Shown here: in pieces, positions 58,703 to 64,000 of the stretch
Layout of the letters: the number at the start of each line of letters is the position of its first letter
Numbering within the stretch: position 1 is the stretch's first letter
NCBI GenBank assembly: GCA_025352695.1
Contig: JANXSK010000053.1
Location: forward strand, 2,998-66,997
DNA from: Ferruginibacter sp.
Lineage (GTDB): Bacteria > Bacteroidota > Bacteroidia > Chitinophagales > Chitinophagaceae
Direction: 5' to 3'
Length of the DNA stretch: 64,000 nt
Program-made: the position numbers and the translations under genes
Notes under the pieces: generated by a model
Told to the model about the DNA's origin: nothing
Seen by the model: the letters and a program-made list of their open reading frames with translations, nothing else
Database searches by the model: none

Positions 58703-60895
58703 TTATCTTAAAAACAACATTTCTCTGTACTTAGGCAATAACCAATGTTCATCGTCTACCAATAACTCTAATTTATCTACATGGTAACGAATCTCATCAA
58801 AATATTTATTTTTGATATCATCACAATACGCAATGGCCTTTTCTCTGCTTTCTGTAATTTTATTGGCTTTTTTTCTTGCCTCAATCATTTTTCTAACACC
58901 AGAACTCATGGCATTGATGTGCGTACTGATTTCTGATAAAATACTCAACTGATTGGAATACGCTTCTTCGCCTAAACCTGCATCTTTTAAACCTTTAATA
59001 TTGGTAATTAAAATATTTTGGTATTTAACTGCAGAAGGTAAAATATGTGAAGTGGCTAATTCGCCCATGATCCTTGCTTCTATCTGTACTTTTTTAACGT
59101 ACGATTCCAGCATGATCTCATGCCGAGCCTCTAATTCATCATGACTGTAAATATCATTGCTTGCAAATAAATGTTTTACTTTATCAGTTAAATAAGCATC
59201 TAAAGCAAGGGGTGCCGTTTTAATATTTGGTAACCCTCTTTTTGCTGCTTCGGCTGCCCACTCTTCGCTGTAACCATCTCCTTCAAACAAAACAGATTTA
59301 CTTTCAACAATATATTTTTGAATTACCTGCATAATGGCAATTTCTTTCTTATCACCTTTTTCAATTAAGCCATCAACATCTTTTTTAAATTGCTTCAAGG
59401 TTTCTGCAATAATAGAATTTAAAACAGTCATCGCATTGGCACAATTGGCAGCAGAACCCACCGCACGAAATTCAAATTTGTTACCGGTAAATGCAAATGG
59501 AGAAGTACGGTTTCTGTCTGTATTATCCAACATCAATTCTGGAATGGTTTTATGAATATCCAATTTAAGCATGGCTTCATCCTGCTCATCAAACTTACCA
59601 CCAACACGGGTTTCAACCTGGTTTAACACTTCAGTAAGGTACTTGCCAATAAAGATAGAGATGATTGCCGGCGGTGCTTCATTAGCGCCTAAACGATGAT
59701 CGTTACCTGCACTTGCAATAGAAGCTCTTAATAAACCTGCATAATCATGAACCGCTTTAATGGTGTTCACAAAAAAGGTTAAGAACATCAGATTGGTTTT
59801 TGGCGTTTTGCCCGGAGCTAATAAGTTAACACCAGTATCTGTAGCAATACTCCAGTTATTGTGTTTACCGCTGCCATTAATGCCTGCGAAAGGTTTTTCG
59901 TGTAACAGCACTATTAAACCATGGCGCTTGGCAACTCTTGTCATAACGTCCATCAATAAAGTGTTATGATCAACAGCAAGGTTGGCTTCTTCAAAAATTG
60001 GCGCACATTCAAATTGACAAGGTGCTACTTCATTATGTCTGGTACGTAGAGGAATGCCTAATTTATAACTTTCCTGCTCGTAATCTCTCATAAAAGCGTA
60101 GATCCTTTCAGGAATAGCACCAAAATAATGATCATCTAATTGTTGTCCTTTAGCAGGTGCATGTCCAAAAACAGTACGTCCTGTCATTAATATATCAGGG
60201 CGGGCATTTACCATACCTGCATCAATTACAAAATATTCCTGCTCCCAACCTAAGGTTGCAGTAATTTTTGTTACATTTTTATCAAAATACTGACAAACAT
60301 CTACAGCAGCTTTGTCTAATGCTACCAATGCTTTAATCAACGGCGTTTTAGCATCTAAAGAATGTCCTGTGTAAGAAACAAAGATGGTAGGGATGCACAA
60401 CGTTTTACCATTTCCAATTTCCATGATAAATGGAGGTGAAGATGGATCCCAAGCAGTGTAACCACGAGCTTCAAAAGTGGCTCTTAATCCACCTGAGGGA
60501 AAAGAAGAAGCATCCGGCTCTTGCTGTATTAATGCGGCACCTTCAAATTCTTCGATTGGTGTACCATCTCCTTTTAATGTAAAGAAAGAATCATGTTTTT
60601 CTGCAGAAAGATCTGTTAAAGGCTGAAACCAATGGGTATAATGTGTAACTCCTTTACCTTCTGCCCAGGCTCTAAGTCCGTTCGCAATTTGGCTCCCCAT
60701 ATTACGATCGATTTTTTTACCACTTTTTATAGAAGCTAGTAAACTTTTATAAGCTTCATCACTTAAAAACTGACGGGCTACAGAGTGAGTAAATACATTT
60801 TCACCAAATATACCGGTAATTTTTGTAGATGCTTTTACCGTTACACCAGAATTTGTTGCTAAATTATCAATTGCTTTAAAACGTAATGATTCCAT
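58703..60895 (-). CDS. glnN: Glutamine synthetase type III
   Basis: 730 aa, the length and blocks (NGSGKHNNWS, FEFRAVGS) characteristic of GSIII of Bacteroidota. Confidence 0.93.
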   Translation of the reverse strand: MESLRFKAIDNLATNSGVTVKASTKITGIFGENVFTHSVARQFLSDEAYKSLLASIKSGKKIDRNMGSQIANGLRAWAEGKGVTHYTHWFQPLTDLSAEKHDSFFTLKGDGTPIEEFEGAALIQQEPDASSFPSGGLRATFEARGYTAWDPSSPPFIMEIGNGKTLCIPTIFVSYTGHSLDAKTPLIKALVALDKAAVDVCQYFDKNVTKITATLGWEQEYFVIDAGMVNARPDILMTGRTVFGHAPAKGQQLDDHYFGAIPERIYAFMRDYEQESYKLGIPLRTRHNEVAPCQFECAPIFEEANLAVDHNTLLMDVMTRVAKRHGLIVLLHEKPFAGINGSGKHNNWSIATDTGVNLLAPGKTPKTNLMFLTFFVNTIKAVHDYAGLLRASIASAGNDHRLGANEAPPAIISIFIGKYLTEVLNQVETRVGGKFDEQDEAMLKLDIHKTIPELMLDNTDRNRTSPFAFTGNKFEFRAVGSAANCANAMTVLNSIIAETLKQFKKDVDGLIEKGDKKEIAIMQVIQKYIVESKSVLFEGDGYSEEWAAEAAKRGLPNIKTAPLALDAYLTDKVKHLFASNDIYSHDELEARHEIMLESYVKKVQIEARIMGELATSHILPSAVKYQNILITNIKGLKDAGLGEEAYSNQLSILSEISTHINAMSSGVRKMIEARKKANKITESREKAIAYCDDIKNKYFDEIRYHVDKLELLVDDEHWLLPKYREMLFLR

Positions 60896-61006
60896 TGTTT
60901 TTTAGATTTAGAACTTGCAAAATAGCGTTTAAAATTTAAATAAATCGATTAAATATAAAAAATTGTCGATTTTTTATCAAAAAAAGAATAAAAACAAAAT
61001 ATTATT

Positions 61007-62275
61007 TTATTTTTTTATTTGAAAAAATGCTCTTACTTTTCCCCAGTTTATATTGCAAACTATGGGGGTAATAAGAAAGGGAAGATATATTGAACGATAT
61101 CGTACTATGCCACCAATAACAGGAATTGTATATCCTATAATCAACAAGATAGATACACTAAAAAATAAACCAAATAGAATAAATGAATTAGGTATCCCGG
61201 TTTTATATCTAAAAAAAATAAAGAGTATCAACAGCAATTCATAAAAAATAAATTCTACAGCAAGCGGAAGTAATGCCCCCGATAAATTTATATCAGTTAA
61301 ATAAGGCCTTAGTAAAGAATGATTGATTGCCTGCGGCGTATTTATTGCAAAACTTTTAAAGGTTGGTTCTAGCGTATCAAGCGCTATGTACGTGTTGGGT
61401 TTACCAAGTTGCTCAAAATCCCACTGCTTTTTTATTACAAGTGAAGGCAAATTAAAAGTTGCAGACAAGCTGCTGGCATTAAAAAAAATAAATGCCCCAA
61501 CCATATAAGTAATAACAAAAATTATTAAAGGATTGTATTTTTTTAAAATAGCTATTATCCACGCAAAAGCAGCTGGAAGCAATGCAAGTAAAACGTAATT
61601 ACGTTGCAAAAAAATAAAAATTAATACCGCTGCTATATAGGTAACTCTTCGAATTGTAAAGCCTGTTGTATGCAATGCTGTGTAAATATTAAATACCGCT
61701 ATACCAATAGCGGCATAAATTAGTCCCTCCTTGTGAATGTTGCTGCTAAAAAAAAGTAAAGAAGGCAATAAAAAACAAGTGCCAATCAATAAATATTGTT
61801 TATTGGTATAAACAGCATTAAATACCCTGAACAATCCAATAGCACCAAAGAAGGTGACATAGTTGTAAAAAATTACGTTTACATAAAAATTACCAACACT
61901 AAAAATATCACAAATAGATAAAAATTTAATGATGAGGTTACTGGTAAGATCGTTCCAATATGAATTGCTGGAACTAAAAAAGTCGCCATAACCTGCATGG
62001 TAATTAGAATGAAAAAAATTACTGATATACGCTTTAGGGTCGTTAAAAAGAAGGTGATATTCAATCAATCCTTCTTTATGAAATGTAAGCGTATCAGTAG
62101 CACTTGTAATGCCAACATATACTAAAATCCACGAATGGAGGCAACCAGTTATAACTTTTAGTAAAAATAAGGAGATAATGATTGGGGACGATAGACCTGA
62201 ACTAGAAATAAAGCGGCTCTTAATAAGCAGCCAGCAAAATAGAACCGAGTAAACTAAAAATAAAACATACCCCAA
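61007..62275 (-). CDS. Polytopic membrane protein of unknown function
   Basis: 422 aa with more than 10 hydrophobic segments. The general look is that of a GT-C/polymerase-like membrane protein, but I recognise no diagnostic motif. Confidence 0.6.
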   Translation of the reverse strand: MGYVLFLVYSVLFCWLLIKSRFISSSGLSSPIIISLFLLKVITGCLHSWILVYVGITSATDTLTFHKEGLIEYHLLFNDPKAYISNFFHSNYHAGYGDFFSSSNSYWNDLTSNLIIKFLSICDIFSVGNFYVNVIFYNYVTFFGAIGLFRVFNAVYTNKQYLLIGTCFLLPSLLFFSSNIHKEGLIYAAIGIAVFNIYTALHTTGFTIRRVTYIAAVLIFIFLQRNYVLLALLPAAFAWIIAILKKYNPLIIFVITYMVGAFIFFNASSLSATFNLPSLVIKKQWDFEQLGKPNTYIALDTLEPTFKSFAINTPQAINHSLLRPYLTDINLSGALLPLAVEFIFYELLLILFIFFRYKTGIPNSFILFGLFFSVSILLIIGYTIPVIGGIVRYRSIYLPFLITPIVCNINWGKVRAFFQIKK

Positions 62276-62376
62276 GGCTTTAAATATTTAATGTGGGAAG
62301 TTAGTTAAAATAATAAAGATTCATTGTCTGCTTAAAAAGAAATAGTGGTTGTACTTTCGCACTTTCTACAACAATT

Positions 62377-64000
62377 ATGGAAATAACAGTTTCAACCGCC
62401 AACGAACTTCGCTTAACTGCTGAAGAATTTGAACTGATCAAACAGAAGATCGGTCGCATCCCTAATTTTAATGAGCTTTGTTGCTTTAGCGCCATGTGGA
62501 GCGAACACTGCAGTTATAAAAACTCCATTAAGTGGTTAAAAACATTACCACGTGACGGAGAAAAAATGCTGGTGAAAGCCGGGGAAGAAAATGCCGGCCT
62601 CATGGATATTGGTGATGGCTATGGCGTAGTATTTAAAATTGAAAGTCACAATCACCCGAGTGCCATAGAACCTTTTCAAGGTGCAGCAACAGGTGTTGGT
62701 GGTATACACCGAGATATTTTTACTATGGGTGCAAGACCAATAGCCTCTTTAAATTCTCTAAGGTTTGGTAATTTAACTGAAGCAAAAACACAACATTTAT
62801 TAGCCGGTGTGGTGCATGGCATTGGACATTACGGTAACTGTTTTGGCGTACCTACAGTTGGTGGCGAAATCTATTTTGAAGATTGCTACCATACCAATCC
62901 GCTGGTAAATGCTATGAGTGTTGGCATATTAAAAAATGGCACTACCATTTCTGCAACTGCAGAAGGAAAAGGCAACCCCGTATTTTTTGTAGGAAGTGCT
63001 ACTGGTAAAGATGGTATTGGAGGCGCTTCGTTTGCCTCTGCAAATATTACGGCCGATAGTGCCGAAGACTTACCTGCTGTGCAGGTAGGAGATCCTTTTC
63101 AGGAAAAAAAGTTATTGGAAGCGTGTTTGGAAGTGATAGAAACCGGTGCCATTGTTGGAATGCAGGATATGGGTGCGGCAGGAATAATATGTTCAACAGC
63201 AGAAATGAGCGCTAAAGGTAATTCTGGCATGCGCATAGATTTAGATAAAGTACCCATGCGCCAGCAAAATATGAAGACCTGGGAATTATTGTTAAGTGAA
63301 AGCCAGGAAAGAATGTTGATGGTGGTGTTAAAAGGAAGGGAAGCGGAAGTGTTGGAAATATTTGAAAAATGGGATTTACCCTGCAGTGAAATTGGAGAAG
63401 TAACAGATGATGGGTTACTTAAATTTTATATGCACGGAACCCTTGAAGCCGAACTACCTGCATATGAATTGGTATTGGGTGGTGGTGCTCCACAATATGA
63501 AAGAGAATATAAGGAACCTGCATACCTGCAAAAAATAAAAGCTTTTGATATTAGTACAATCAAAGTGCCCGCTGATTTAAAAGCAGTAGCGGAACAACTA
63601 ATTCAAATACCCAATATTGCCAGTAAGCGGTGGGTGTATACACAATATGATAGCATGGTAGGTGCCGGTACAGTTGGTACCAATGCACCAAGTGATGCTG
63701 CCATTGTTGTTGCAAAACCTACCAATAAAGGTTTGGCACTTACAACAGATTGCAATAGCCGGTATGTATTTGCTGATCCATATAAAGGAGCTATGATTGC
63801 AGTGGCAGAAGCAGCCAGAAATATTGTATGTAGCGGCGCACAACCATTGGGCGTTACAAACTGCCTCAATTTTGGTAACCCCTACAATCCTGAAGTATAT
63901 TACCAGTTTGTGAATGCCATTAAAGGTATGGGCGAAGCTTGTATAAAATTTGACACACCCGTTACAGGCGGCAATGTTAGTTTTTATAACCAATCGCCAG
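62377..64000 (+). CDS. purL: Phosphoribosylformylglycinamidine synthase subunit PurL (5' part; runs off the window)
   Basis: MEITVSTANELRLTAEEFELIKQKIGRIPNFNELCCFSAMWSEHCSYKNS...ESHNHPSAIEPFQGAATGVGGIHRDIF. The frame is open to the window end, so it is absent from the ORF track. Confidence 0.93.
   Translation, partial: MEITVSTANELRLTAEEFELIKQKIGRIPNFNELCCFSAMWSEHCSYKNSIKWLKTLPRDGEKMLVKAGEENAGLMDIGDGYGVVFKIESHNHPSAIEPFQGAATGVGGIHRDIFTMGARPIASLNSLRFGNLTEAKTQHLLAGVVHGIGHYGNCFGVPTVGGEIYFEDCYHTNPLVNAMSVGILKNGTTISATAEGKGNPVFFVGSATGKDGIGGASFASANITADSAEDLPAVQVGDPFQEKKLLEACLEVIETGAIVGMQDMGAAGIICSTAEMSAKGNSGMRIDLDKVPMRQQNMKTWELLLSESQERMLMVVLKGREAEVLEIFEKWDLPCSEIGEVTDDGLLKFYMHGTLEAELPAYELVLGGGAPQYEREYKEPAYLQKIKAFDISTIKVPADLKAVAEQLIQIPNIASKRWVYTQYDSMVGAGTVGTNAPSDAAIVVAKPTNKGLALTTDCNSRYVFADPYKGAMIAVAEAARNIVCSGAQPLGVTNCLNFGNPYNPEVYYQFVNAIKGMGEACIKFDTPVTGGNVSFYNQSP

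Noticed and set aside
62301-62495. 64-aa minus-strand ORF upstream of and over the purL start
   Set aside because: It overlaps the purL N-terminus in antisense, and no supporting features are present.
63598-63993. Two overlapping minus-strand ORFs at the right edge
   Set aside because: They are antisense to the clearly recognisable purL reading frame, which is open to the window end.

Overview
AT-rich Bacteroidota-type chromosomal segment, judged from the SusC/SusD pair, type III glutamine synthetase, LpxB and Tat-signal Gfo/Idh/MocA enzyme. I can support about 45 intact CDS, one tRNA-Ala(GGC), several hairpin terminators and at least seven decayed genes. From left to right: (1) DHDPS-family lyase, a dead IS1595-family element with recognisable inverted ends, a DEAD-box helicase and a DUF1080/PA14 protein paired with a cytochrome-c dehydrogenase-like protein. 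(2) A glycerol locus, glpK-(small ORF)-glpD-glpF. (3) A kinase/phospho-lyase fusion (HYKK/PHYKPL-like) in tandem with a DUF1338 (HglS-like) protein. (4) An accessory patch at 19.4-23.8 kb in which a ~360-390 bp direct repeat brackets a methyltransferase-OsmC-GNAT block, followed by an epoxide-hydrolase fragment and an ~800 bp coding desert. (5) Housekeeping genes: cbpAM, APC permease, ubiX, lolA-like, DUF4407, pyrG, gltA. (6) A long minus-strand polysaccharide utilisation locus at 33.8-51.1 kb: ECF sigma, FecR anti-sigma, STN-domain SusC, SusD, three tandem paralogues of an unassigned ~770-820 aa family (one decayed), a DUF4091/GH123-like protein and two decayed distal genes. (7) tRNA-Ala, an MBL-fold hydrolase, a LOG-family protein, a ccoI remnant, a Mo-oxidoreductase/cytochrome b pair next to secreted MsrB, lpxB, glnN, a polytopic membrane protein and the 5' part of purL. 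The best candidate for undescribed biology is the unassigned paralogue family sitting in the enzyme slots of the PUL. Next come the structured repeat family in the accessory patch and the kinase/phospho-lyase + HglS-like module. No CRISPR array, prophage or recognisable defence system was seen.
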